In this document: positions 13,068 to 25,700 of the stretch, piece after piece
How the letters are laid out: the number at the start of each line of letters is the position of its first letter
Position numbering within the stretch: position 1 is the stretch's first letter
Assembly: GCF_006345805.1 (NCBI RefSeq)
Contig: NC_043019.1
Coordinates: 18,971,360-19,035,359 of the forward strand
DNA: 64,000 nt
Source: Octopus sinensis
Taxonomy: Eukaryota
Direction: 5' to 3'
Program-made: the position numbers and the translations under genes
The notes under the pieces: model-generated
The model's input: the letters and a program-made list of their open reading frames with translations, nothing else
What the model was told of the DNA's origin: nothing
Database searches by the model: none

Positions 13068-13295
13068 GGTGGTGAGCTGGCAGAATCGTTAGCACACCAG
13101 GTGAAATGCTTAGTGGTATTTCGTCTGCGGTTACGTTCTGAGTTCAAATTCCACCAAGGTCGACTTTGCCTTTCATCCTTTCGGGGTCGATTAAATAAGT
13201 ACCAGTTACGCACTGGGGTCGATATAATTGACTTAATCCGCTTGTCTGTCCTCTCTGTGTTTAGCCGCTTGTGGGTAGTAAAGAAATAGGTATGG
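13068..13295 (+). mobile_element. SINE family A, well-preserved copy
   Basis: A-box-like tggcagaatcgttagc and B-box-like gagttcaaattcc; related copies at 16540, 26500, 50930, 55663-56910. Confidence 0.8.
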
Positions 13296-13384
13296 GATAA
13301 ACGAACAAAGTAGTAAGGGTGGGGGGGAATCACAATGCAGCAGGTACAAGACTGACCCCATTGGCCAGCTGCGTTTTGTCTTCC

Positions 13385-13615
13385 TGATGTTGATCTTGAG
13401 ACCAACTTTCATGGATGGATCTTCTCTTGCATGTTGGTGCACGGAGAGAAGGGTGATGCTGGTATCATTGAGATGGTTGAAGAGGATACGCTGTCCCTCC
13501 CTGGGTTGTACTTGGTTTCTTTCACCACTGAGTAAATTGCTATTAGGAAAAGATAGGGAGACAGTGAACATCTTTGTCTCACCTCCATCATGACAATGAA
13601 TAGTTGAGTCAAAGC
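13385..13615 (-). mobile_element. RT fragment of a second RTE-type family
   Basis: VRQRCSLSPYLFLIAI (cf. VRQGCLLSPFLFLLAI) and KVGLKINIRKTK, frameshifted. Confidence 0.75.
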
Positions 13616-13803
13616 TTCACTTCGTTGTTTGAAAGAAGTTCTGTATAAAATGTCAAAGCAATTTCCACAGTGTCACCCTGATCGCATTGTCAAGTACCTT
13701 CTCGTAATTGAATGAATGTTATATAGAAAGATATGTTCCGTTCCATTCCAGTGACTTGATTATTCAAAAGGTTGCCAGAATGCTGACAAGTGAGCCATTA
13801 CAT

Positions 13804-13991
13804 CAGTGCTTCTCAACTGCAGCTCTCAGGGCAGTATGCAACCCTAAAGCATTCTTCCAGTGGCCCCAAAGCCTTTCCTCTATAAATATCATACATTTTT
13901 CTTTAACTGACTTGTTTTGGTGTGACCCCCTAAAAAAAAAAATCTAGGTTTTGGATCTGGCCCCAGATATTAAAATGCTTGAGAACCACTG
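13804..13991. mobile_element. hAT/Charlie-type MITE (188 bp)
   Basis: TIRs cagtgcttctcaa / ttgagaaccactg; 8-bp flanks cattacat / ctctacaa (5/8 match, central TA). Confidence 0.65.
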
Positions 13992-15477
13992 CTCTACAAA
14001 GTTACTTGTCCTGCTAGAAATAACAGCTAAATTCCTTTAACTCATTGTCATGTTTTAAAAAAAAGTAAGACAGTGAATATAGTCCTGGATATATTGTCTG
14101 AAGAGAAGATGATCAGAAGTGGAATGTTTTGATCATACTCAGTCAGAGTTGACCCAGGGTTAAACATTGACATTTACAACATACTGAAGGACATTATGAT
14201 CTTCAACTAACATTCCAGATTCCAGTGCTGTTATGGTATTAGATCTATGGGTCCTGTTGGTTATCTATGACAGACTGACTACTTGTGTGCCACACGGCCA
14301 GAGATCAATAACGGATCACCTGCAGTTAAACATCAACTTTACCATTCATTATTATCATCAACAAAAAACTATTATTTACTTTTGCAAGGATATTTTCTTT
14401 GTATTATTATTTTTTATTTTTACTAAGGACTTTGATTTAAAGGCAAATCTGTGACATTCCTGTGTTCCTCAACAGAGATTACAAATGTCACATTAATTGA
14501 AATAGCTATGACCATGTATTGAAATTGGATTATAACTTTGAGGTGGGGTGAGTGGAGGGGAAGAGTAGATATGAAAACCTCCCAGAATTCCAATATTTCT
14601 AAACCAGCACAAAATCAAAAAGTTTTAACAATTTATTAATAACTGATAATAATAATGATGATGATAATCCACCCCACCACTTTGAAAGAAAAAACACCCT
14701 TTCATCTTTTTCAACATAATTGTACGGTTTATTTATCAAAGGGACAGTCTGGAAGTGGAAGTTATTTAAATAAAATATAAAACTAAATAACAAAAAAAAA
14801 AGATCAGAAATCAATTCATGGGAGAAAATGACGAAATACAAATATTGAAGAAAAACAAAACTCGATCAATATCCAATATTCCGAGGACAAAAGAGTTTGG
14901 CAGAGGCTGTTGAAGAGGGCTGCCATCACCATGGTCTAGATTATCTCATTTATAATAATATTTTGGGTGTCAGGGTTAGTTAAAATATAGCCAGGTCAAT
15001 AATATAAACACTAATAATAATATATTTTTAATAGAGGCACAGGGCGTCAAAACTAGGGGCCAAGTGTAGTCAAATCCATTCATTTAACCGGTACTTATTT
15101 CATTGACCCTGGAGGGATGAAAGGGAAATCTAACATTGGCAAAGATTTGAACTCAAAATGTAACTAAATACCATGTAACTAAATAAACATGTAACTAAAT
15201 ACCACAAGTAATTTTGTCTGTTGCTCAACCAATTCAACCAATCCAGTAATTACCAGTAATACATGAGGGTCAACTAGAGTAGCTGGGTGATGATCTCTGT
15301 TCATCATTGTCAACTGACGCCCACTTTTTCATGCTTGCATGGGGTCAGAATTTATTGAGGCAGATTTTCCTGTTACTGATCCTCACCTGTTTCCCCATGG
15401 TTGAACAAATTTTCATGGAAGACTGGAGCTGAACAACATTGCTTGTACAAAGGTGATGCTAGTTTACAACCATGACA

Positions 15478-15903
15478 AGGTGCTACTTTGGTATGTGCTC
15501 AACTCTTTATATTGTGATCTACAACCGAAAAAGTTATACTTATCAAGAACAGTTTTTCCAGCTGATGTCTGTTCGATTCACTGATAAAATTAGTAAACTT
15601 GTTTCAAATTTGCTTCCTTCTAATTTCTTTTTAATAATAAATGTATAAAAATTTTAACTATCAATTTTTCACTTTTCTAGCTGATGTTCGTTCGATTTGT
15701 CCATTCGTTCAAGATGCTCAATAAATTTGTAAACTCATTTCAAATCTGCTTCATTTTACTTTTTTAAAATAAATATATAAAAATGTAAAAATGTTTTATT
15801 TAAGTCATAATAAATAAATGAAACATGTAGAACGCATACTAAAGTAGAATTTGACTCTTGTAGATCACGTTAGCTACATAGATCACATACCAAAGTAGCA
15901 CCC
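15478..15903. mobile_element. MITE with TIRs and an internal duplicated unit
   Basis: ggtgctactttggtatgtg...gtgatctacaa mirrored by ttgtagatcac...cacataccaaagtagcacc; no clean TSD. Confidence 0.65.
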
Positions 15904-15961
15904 ATAACAATGTCGTCTACACAAAAACACACAAACAGATATGGTGGGCTTTATTCAGTTT

Positions 15962-16388
15962 CATCATCATCATCGTTTAACATCCGCTTTCCATGCTAGC
16001 ATGGGTTGGACGATTTGACTGACTGGCAAACCAGATGGCTGCACCAGGCTCCAATCTGATCTGGCAGAGTTTCTACAGCTGGATGCCCTTCCTAACGACA
16101 ACCCCTCCGAGAGTATAGTGGGTGCTTTTACATGCCACTGGCATTAGGGCCAGTCAGGTGATACTGGCAACAGCCACGCTCAAATGGTGTCTTTTATGTG
16201 CCACCTGCACAGGAGCCAGTCCAGTGGCACTGGCAACGACCTTGCTTGAATGTTTTTCCACAAGCCAGTAATGGCGATGCTGGTAACGATCACGCTCGAA
16301 TGGTGCCTCCTACATGCCACCGGCACAGAAGCCAGTCAGCTGCTCTTGGCAACAATCACGCTCAGATGGTGCTCTAAGCGCTCCACTC
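15962..16388 (-). mobile_element. 5'-truncated RTE 3'UTR copy inserted in a head-B SINE
   Basis: Co-linear with 8251-8670; SINE B sequence resumes on both sides. Confidence 0.8.
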
Positions 16389-17551
16389 TATCAACCAAAT
16401 CCCCTTACTTGGCTTTGGTCAGCCTGGGGCTATAGCAGAAGACAATTCCTGAAGGTGTCATACAGTGGAATTGAACCCAAGACCACATGGTTGGGAAGGA
16501 TCCAACTGCAGGATTCTGAGAAAAAAAAATCATTATTAAGGTGGTGAGCTGGCAGGATCAGGAACATGTTGAGCAAAGTGCTTAGTACCATTTTATCTGT
16601 CTTTATGTCCTGAGTTCAAATGCTGCCAAAGTCAACTCGTCTTTCGTCTTTGTAGAACTGATGAAACAGGCCCCAGTTGAGCGGTGGGGGTGGGGTGGGG
16701 GTCAATGTAATCGGCTTGCTCCCTCTCCTGAAATGCTGGCCTTGTGCTTATAGCAGAATGGATTATTATTGTTGTTGTTATTGTTATTGTTGTTTGTATT
16801 GACAGAATCCAAAAATCAGACAAAAATGCCTCATCCTACGACATTCTGTTTTACTCTTTCTGAGGATCAGCTTTCAGCCTTTCATCTTTTTCTTTTAGGA
16901 TCAATAAAATATAAGTACCAGTTATGTACATGGGTCAATGATTTAAAAAACCCTCCCCTCAAATTTCTGGTCTTGTTCCAATGCCAGAAAACACTCCTAC
17001 CCACACTGCCAATCCCCTCTCCCAGGAGGGAGGAAAAAAGAAAAGAAATTTTGTAAATAAAGACAAACACACACACAAAATACTAGTGAAATAAAAAAAG
17101 CCATACAGTTACATACTTGCAGGGTAAAAAATGAAGAAAAAGAAAAAGAAAATTAAGTGAAACAAAAGCAGAGGCGACCACAATGGAACAAAACAGATGT
17201 GTGTGTGTGTGTGTGTGTTCTAAGTTTGGAATCAAGAATCAGTGATGTGTTAGTAAGTCAACAAGAGTTGGTGGTAAAATAGCAAACTGCAGAACACATG
17301 ATTGGGCAGGTAGGAGGCTGGTGGTGGTGGGGGGGTGTTGCAGCTGGTAGTGTTATGTCTGATGATGATGTTATTGTTGATGGTGCTGCTGTTGTAGATG
17401 ATGGTGATGATATTGATGATGATGTTGGTGAGTGTGTAGATGATGATGATGATGGAAAGCTTGAATGTCCATGCACTGGCCATTAATCCAGTTAACCTGT
17501 TCACTCAGCTCTTTTGAATTCAAAGTTAGAGAGAACTAAGCCAATTGGGAG

Positions 17552-17577
17552 ACTACTACTACTACTACTACTACTAC

Positions 17578-17623
<46 letters not shown>
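17552..17623. repeat. Compound (ACT)n(AAT)n microsatellite
   Basis: Seen directly; abuts the 3' end of the L1/Tx1 fragment. Confidence 0.95.
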
Positions 17624-17624
17624 C

Positions 17625-18340
17625 TCATTATTGTTTTATTCCCGACAATGGCGATGGTAGAAAGGCAAAATCCAAAAGAAAACAAGAAACTAATGAAGTT
17701 TATATTCGAGTAAAACACGAAACGAAGAAGATGATTTGGGGCATCCTTCAATACAACCCTGGGTTACACTAACAGATCAAACACAAATGCCATCTTCCCA
17801 TTCTTGATGCTAGTCTAAGATTGGTGAGGTCCCTGGCCAGAGAGAAAAGCTCTGTTCTCAAAAACTTTCCACAACATCCATCTACCACACAGCTATCTTT
17901 GCCACAGCCACCACGAAGGGGAGAAAGGTCACCGGCTTTTCTTTGCCAAAGAAAGTGGGTGGGTTAATTTTCAGGGTGGATTTGGCTGATAATCAAATCT
18001 GTGCCACAAGCAATAACAAGTGCTTGTGGCCCACAAAGCAGAATGCCGTAATTGAAATGCTTTCATCATCTCGTACACATCTTTGGACAGGTTCAGTTGT
18101 TGTGGCCCCTGCAGCAGTGTCAGGCCAAGAAAGAAATGTCCCTTATCTCCAAAGCTCAAAACTCATCCAGAAGAGAATACTCAGACTGTCCTCTTTGTTG
18201 CAGGCCATGCTGACTCATACCTTCGGCTAATCTATACAACGGTTGGTGTTCTCCTAATGACACTGCCTAGACAGCAGAGTGCTACATGAACTTGCCTCTC
18301 CAGGTGCACAGTTGACAAGTTCACTCGCTTCAGTTGACTA
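17625..18340 (-). mobile_element. L1/Tx1-like LINE 3' fragment
   Basis: Degenerate zinc-knuckle region QRCVRDDESI..., LKINPPTFFGKEKPVTFLPFVVAVAKIAVW; aataaa then (ATT)n tail; protein-level similarity to 30560-30880. Confidence 0.6.
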
Positions 18341-18604
18341 CTTTTATTTCTGGTGTGTGTGCGTGTGTGTGAATGGCAAAGCAGGAATGAGCTGAAGAAG
18401 AGACTAGGTATAAGAAGGAGTTATAAGATGCAAGAGAAACAGCTGTAAGACAGGTGAAAGGGAACCGTGGAAGAAGAAGACCAAGGTAGACATGGGCAGA
18501 AATGGTGAAGCCTGGTCACAGGATAAGGAACCTCACAAAGGAGATGCCAAAAAATGGTAGGACACCGAGTTGGAGGGGACACACCCAAGCTAGGCAGCTA
18601 TCAT

Positions 18605-18975
18605 TTACTAGTTTCAGTCATTCAACCATGGCCATGCTGGGACACCACCTTCAAAGGTGGAGCTGAACAAATTGACCCCAGGATTTACATTTAAAAAAAA
18701 ATTAAGTCTTGTACTTATTCTATCAATCTCTTTTATCAAACTGCTAAGTGTTGTGAATGTAAATAAATCAACATCAATTGTCAAACATTGGGGGATAGTG
18801 ATCACACACACACACACAAAGGTTGCGATAAGGTTTCAATCTACCAAATTCCCTCACAAGACGTTGGTCAGCTCAAGGCCATAGTAGAAGACATGTGCCC
18901 AAGGTGCTTTGCACTGGGACTGAACCTGAAACCATGTGGTTGGGAAGTTTCTCAACTACACAGCCATGCCTGTGC
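18605..18975 (-). mobile_element. SINE head B + tail E
   Basis: Reverse complement co-linear with 41791-42195. Confidence 0.7.
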
Positions 18976-20343
18976 CTATATGATCAGAATTTACATTTTT
19001 TATATTTAAGGTGATAGACGGTGCTTTGAGGGAAATTAGCTGCCACTTCTAGCAAAGTGAACATGTGTAGAGGCTGTTCCCCCTGTAAACATCAATATTG
19101 TCTTTCACATTACACCAGATTCCTAATCCCCCCACTCCATCCCCGAACCACCAGCAATGTAAGGGCAACATTAACAACAATCAAGAACTATGAAGCACCC
19201 TTATCCTGAATAACCGCCATCACGCCCTTCCCACAACAAACACCCATTACCCCCCCCCCCAACCATTAACTCAACTACTATCACCAATGGGATATGAAGG
19301 GAGCCACTATATGTGGTTGCTCAACCTGCTGGAAATAGCAGCCAAATCTCCCTCAAACCACAGAAGTGGAAAGAAGGACAACATTGAGGCAATGTAGACT
19401 GGAATAAATAATGATGAGATGGTCACAGCTTGATTGCTTTTGATCCTAGGCTTGTCTGATCAGGGCTGACCTGGGGCTAAACTTCATCATTATCCAATAC
19501 TCCAAGGCAATGCAGCAGCTTCTATATAGTCACTTTACTTGCTGGAAATAGAAGTTAAATTACCCTGAAATTACACTGTACTGTCTTAAACCCACAAGGA
19601 CACTTAGGATAATGTGTAACCAGATCCTCTGTACACCATGTTTGAAGAGACATTTGAGAAGGTCATGGCTGGAATCAGAACCTCAAACATCAATCTGCTG
19701 AATCAGGACTGAGCTGGGACTAAACAACAACAACCAAACAACTATTAACTTCAAACTCTCACTACCACCCTGACTATAATAGTCCACCACCACCACCACC
19801 ACCACCACACCTACTACTATAACTACTGCTACTACTACTCCCCCCCCCTCACACCACCAAGTACCATAACTAATCATGCCCCACTGACAGACCACCCTCC
19901 CACCCCCGTTTACTACTATTTCTAGCTTCGAATGAAAATAGAAAAGATTTCACACTTGAGTGAATCACTACAAAACGACAACAGCAAAGGCAATCACAAT
20001 TATCACATTTCATTACATAAAAAGGTATTTAAATTAAACGTGTGTGTGTGTAGACACATGGATACAAGCAAGCGGGGGGTGGGGGTGGTGCATAGATTGA
20101 TGCTTGTAGAATCATTGCACAAGGTGTATGAAAGCATGCGATATGCTTGTGAGTGTGTAAAGGCGGCAATGAGCAGGAGAGGTGTAAATCTATCCTGCTT
20201 TGTTGAAAAGGCAACAGTTATTTTCAAGAAGGACTGGAATAAATACTGTGGGTCACTGAAACCGTGGAAGGCAGTGCCCCAGCATGGCCACAATCCAAAA
20301 CCAGTAAAAGAATATGCACACATAAATAAGTTATATGTACCAT

Positions 20344-20393
<50 letters not shown>

Positions 20394-20970
20394 CATGCTG
20401 AAAGAGTGATCATGTCTCTGTTAAAACACACACAACAAAAGTTGATCTCAAAGCTGGTTAGGACAGAAATTACAGTTTCTAAGACACATCAATGACTGGA
20501 AAGTACAAGACCCCCCCCCCCTAAATGGGATGCTGGTCTGTTGATGCTCGGTTAAACGCCCAACAGCTATTGGGACCCCTAACTGAGCAAACTTGAAATG
20601 AAGGAAATTAGGTTTGAAGCAGATAAAGTTGTAATTGATAGCATGTAGAATTGGGGATTTAAAAAATCCCTTAGCTGTTGCCCCTTGACCCTTTTCCATC
20701 CAAGGGATTTTTCAAACTGATATTTACATACCATTCTTTCTAACTTTTCACTGTTAAAATGGATTTAATCAGGTTTTCTCAGGAGAATTTCTAAATTCTT
20801 ATAATGCAATGAAATGAAACGCCTTCCTCAGAGATACAATGTGCTGCCTGGTCTTGGAATCAAACCCAAAACCTAACAATCATGAGTCCAACACCCTAAC
20901 CACTATGCTATGTACAATCGTTCACATGTACACACACACACACACATTACTGCATATAAAGAAATACCTA

Positions 20971-20973
<3 letters not shown>

Positions 20974-21043
<70 letters not shown>
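20974..21043. repeat. (GA)n microsatellite, ~35 units
   Basis: Seen directly. Confidence 0.95.
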
Positions 21044-21051
<8 letters not shown>

Positions 21052-22277
21052 AGGGGAGAGGCAGGAAAGGAAGGGAGATGAGAGCTGAGAGTGTAATGTA
21101 CTGGTTTTAGCAGGGAGTCTGTAAGTTCAATGGCTGCAATGTCAGAGTTAGCAGGAGCAGGAGAACAGGCTTAACCAAGTTGCTATAAGAGAAATAAAAT
21201 ACTGCAAATTACAGCTTGGAGATTTAGCTAATAGGATTAGTGGAGATTATTGCGCTATATGGATTAGGAGATGATAGAACTTTCTTATACATGCAAATGT
21301 GTATTGAAAGCAATCAGTCAATATGTGTGTGTGTGTGTGCGTGTGTGTGTGCGTGTGTGTGTGTGTGTGCGTGTGCGTGTGTGCGCGTGTGTGTGTGTGT
21401 GATTATTTGTGCTCAATAAAGAGTGCAAATGAAAGTTTGTTTGGAAAAGAATGTGTGTGTGTGTGTGTGTGTGTGATTCTTTGTTACCCACTAGGGGCGA
21501 CAATGTGTGTGTGTGTGTGTGTACACACCATACAGGTGTGTTTATGTAGGCAAGAATGTGTTTCTATGCAATAGCAAGCATGTGCAAATGCGTGTTTGGA
21601 TGCAATAATCAGTGTATGTGTGTGTGCACATGCCAGCAGGTGTGAAATGTAATACAGGTGTGTCTGTGTGGGTTTGAAAAAATAAAATTTAGATCACAAA
21701 ACGAACTTTAAAAATAGTTTCCGCTTATGTAGTAGCAGCAGCAGTAGTCTAGTGTCCAAATCTGTAATCAATAGAATTACTATTGTAATTACAAAAGCTA
21801 ATTGTTAAGTAATTATTCACCACATTATTACATTCGAAGCCTAACAACTCGAGCAACGCTGGTATGCCACCTTCTGGAGTGACTGAAGTGGAGAGATTAC
21901 TCCACCTGGCAGAAATAACAGTCACATCTCAACATTGAAAATATGTGAAGGACATATTAAATAATACAATCCTAGATCCCTCGACAAAGATAATACGGCT
22001 ACAACTGAAATGATAACAGATCCCTATTATTACAGCAGCCATGACAGGCTGTGGCCCTTAATAACTAGGCAGGTATATCCCTTGACAGAGTGTGCTGGTT
22101 CCATCTGTATCTTGACATCTCAGGGGTGGGGAGTCTCATGTTCGCAGACAAAATTTCAATCTCACTTGGATGAAATCTCTAAAAATCTAGAATGAAAAAA
22201 AAAGCTTTAAGACAAAACAAAAGCCGTCGTTTAAGTTTGTAAATCTTTGTCTTTGTAAATTAGAAGATGATGGCTGC

Positions 22278-22437
22278 AGGGGTGGCTGTGTGGTTAAGAG
22301 GCTTGCTTTTGCAACCAGGTGCACTTGGGTTCAGTCCCACTGTACAGCAACTTGATCAAAATGTCTTCTATTATAGTGTCAGGCCAACCGATGCTATGTG
22401 AGGGGGAATTATGGTAGACAGAAGCTGAAAGAAGCTT

Positions 22438-22471
<34 letters not shown>

Positions 22472-22715
22472 GAGGGGGAGTGTTTGCATTGAGTCTTGCT
22501 TAGATATCACAGAATATTGTTAAATGAGCATCTTGTTATATTCTAGGTTATTCATTTCGAGTCTCCTTTGAAAAAAAATGTCAAACCTTGGGGAAATGAT
22601 ACTTTGCTTTGGAAGCAGGTAAGGGTTGGTGACAGGGCAGGCGTCCAGCCATAGACAAATTCCAACTCATCCATGCAAACATGGAAAAGGGAACATGAAA
22701 TGATGATGATGAAAG
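22278..22715 (+). mobile_element. SINE head B + tail F
   Basis: Head gtggctgtgtggttaagaggc...gggttcagtccc, (TG)n, tail ending catgcaaacatggaaaag...atgatgatgatg. Confidence 0.7.
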
Positions 22716-25700
22716 ATTGCAATTTTCAAACTGAAAAACAGCAAATTCCCCCCCCCCCTCCATCTGTTTCAAAAATAAGTTGAAATTTTTTTCCTGCCTC
22801 CTCTTTAATAAAGTCTGCATTGATATAAATCTGATTTCTTGACTTGAGAAGTTGAAATAGTTGAAAACTATGTGGATTTTATTAAACCTAGTAACTTACC
22901 TGCACATCTCTCTACAGAGTACTGCAACAGCTTATGAGAAACATTGTCTTGAAGTACATATCAGAGTACCATCCTTACTGGTGCCAGCTCCACATCACTC
23001 AGTATTCAAAACTGGTTTGCCTCCTGCTGTCTTCTATCAAAGCCTGGAGTCGACCAAAGTGTTTGGAGAGAAATTCAGAAGACAAAAACAAGCTCCTTGC
23101 TATAAACATACAAAGTTAAAGGAAGAATGGGGTCACTTATGACTTTTAGAGTCCCATCTTCCACTCTGGAGGTTGATTGAAGTCATGGCTGTTGTTGCTT
23201 GTTTTTGATCTTTCAGCCCAGATCAGCCCTGGTGGCGCTGTTAGTTCTGTCTTGAGAATAAGGATTTATCAGACCAGTTTCTATGACATATTAGGGACCA
23301 AAGTGACAGCATTCCCCTTGAATGGGACACCAGACCCTCATCACAGGGTGACCCATTTACAGCTGACTGGGCTGGAGCAGAAGTGAAGTGATTTTGCTCA
23401 AAAGCACAACCTGCCACTCAGTCTGAGAATTGAAACCATAATCTAGTGATTGTGAGTGCAACAGCCAAACAACTAGGCCAGACACCTTCAAATTCTGAGT
23501 GAGTAACTTTGATTAAAGACATTCTAACCAGAATCATTCTATAGTTCTTTTAGACAGTGCATCAAGGACTATATTATATAATGTGTCATCTGATGATCTT
23601 TTTAAGAAGAATGTGATTTGAGGCAATTTAGCAGCTATTTCAAGCAGGTTCACAGACCCCACAGAGGCTCCCTAATTTTCTCATACCAAACTGTTTTGCT
23701 CTTCCTGTTGTATGGTGTCTAATATCCCACTGTATTTTGAAATAACTAAGTAGATCTTGGTATCAAAGGCATTGCTACCAAAACCAACCCGTCTTCATTT
23801 CCTCAACCTTGTATTAAGACTACATTATCCAATAGGACACCCATCTTTCTATAATGGTTGCTATTTCTTTTGGATCAAGAAACCATATACAGGCTCTCTT
23901 GTTGATAGTCTTATCAGTCAAAATCTGTAAATAAATGTGAGCAGACATAACTGTAAGGCTGCCACAGACGAATCACTTCACACAGATGCAGACAAGCTGT
24001 ATGGAAGCTTTCAATCGCCTGAAGACAAGACGGGAAATGATGTTACTTTCAAAAAAAGTTCTCAGTGGCAAGAGACAAGAGACTACCAAACGTGTGACAG
24101 GAGATATTGTCATCATCATTTTAATGTACAATGTTCCATGTTTGTATGGCTTGAATGAAGTTTATTGAAGCAGATTTTCTCTAGCGGGATGCGCTTCTTA
24201 TTGCCAACCATTACTGGTTTCCAAGCAGGGTAATATTTCCCTCATAGCCAGATGTGTTCTCACAGAATATTGGAAATGAGTGACTGTGACACATGTTTAC
24301 GATTATCATTAAATGTCAAGACAAGGAGACAAAACCCCACCCGCACACACAATGAGTTTCTTTCAGTTTCTGCTTATGAAATTCACTCACAAGGCTTTGG
24401 TCAGCCTAAGGCTATAAGCAGAAGACACTTGCCCAAGGTGCCATGCAACGGGACTGAACTCAAGATCGCTAGGTTGGGAAGCAAGCTTCTTAATCACATG
24501 TGCCACAAGTCTACGAAAATACTGCCAGAGGTTACAGAAATGGGTAAGAGACAAGAGTTTGTTGTTTAGGATTGTTTTTGTCTCTTCTGAGATGTTGGTA
24601 ATCAGGGCAATAATTTGGCAGTGCCAAAGACAATGGCTGCCTTCAGATTGCTGTGCACACACACACACACACACACAGTCATAGTTTTTGTATAGATTGG
24701 AAAAGATCTCCATAAAGAGAGCAAAGTGAACTCTTTTGTTATTTCTGTTGAAATTCACTGCTTTTGCTTCAATTAATTTTGAAAATAATGAAGAGTTTAA
24801 TAAAGTCCAATTGTCATTATTAAGGAAGATAAGGGTTTGGTAAGTGAGAAAAGGGGTTAGTTGTGGAATGAGCCTATTGAGTGAGGGTCATGGAAAGAGC
24901 AGCATCCGGATAGATTGCCTTGATTTTCACCTGGCACGAGTGGCTCAGTTGTGGGTTTGGTGAAGCTCACTCATGTTCATCCCTCACAATCTGCAAAGAG
25001 GCTGAGGAAGGGCATCCAGCCATAGAAACCAAAACAAAGCAGGTATTGAGGTTTGGCACAGTGTTCTGGCTTGCTGGTTCCTTTTGAACTGTCCAACCCA
25101 TGCCAGCATAGGAAACCAATGTTAAAAGGATGCTGATTTAGCCAAAGCTGCTGGAGATGGTTCCCCACATGCAACTGTGTCTTTGTGGTAAAAACTATTT
25201 CAAATAACCTCAAATCTCAGATCACCTGGCTACCAAGAATAGGAACCAGAACTTTATCTGTGAAAGACTAACATTAGAAGGATACTTCAACTAGAATTGG
25301 CTCCTAAAAGTAATTTAGAGGCTACGGAAACACATTTTTTTAACGTGGTTTCTTTGGAGTTGGATGAGCTAAGGTAATACAGAATTGAGTGTCTTATCTC
25401 GGAATACATGCAGATGGTTGTGGGGGGAAGAAGTGTTGAGGTGTTGCAATAAAATTGTGATTTAAAATTTATTTCGTGGTGTTGGAGACGGACAAAAATA
25501 TTTATGCAAAAAGTCACATATATGAACCTGCACAGACAGACACACACACAAACAGATACAGATCTATCAACACATATAGCCATACAAAGTGATAGAAATC
25601 AGTCGGTGCATAAACAGACACACACACACACACACACAAATGTATTCTTTCTCTCTCACATGCACAACTCTCCATAAATATAATTTGATGAGAAAGTTAC

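Noticed and set aside
13068-13160. tRNA-gene-like A/B boxes here and at many other sites
   Set aside because: No cloverleaf; each continues into a SINE body.
19932-21574. Long ORFs rich in HT/CV/ER repeats (also 32428-32914, 44010-44501, 61816-62116)
   Set aside because: Stop-free microsatellite translations.
21745-21875. Helitron-like 3' hairpin (ctcgagcaacgctgg)
   Set aside because: Stem is degraded and no CTRR terminus follows.
22861-23142. 93-aa + ORF with an acceptor, and a strong - strand donor (cag|gtaagt) near 22898
   Set aside because: No good + donor; all - strand exon options tested contain stops; no recognisable motif.
25270-25371. Exon candidate ending aag|gtaata (NIRRILQLELAPKSNLEATETHFFNVVSLELDEL)
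   Set aside because: The good acceptor upstream gives stops in all frames; only a weak acceptor rescues it.
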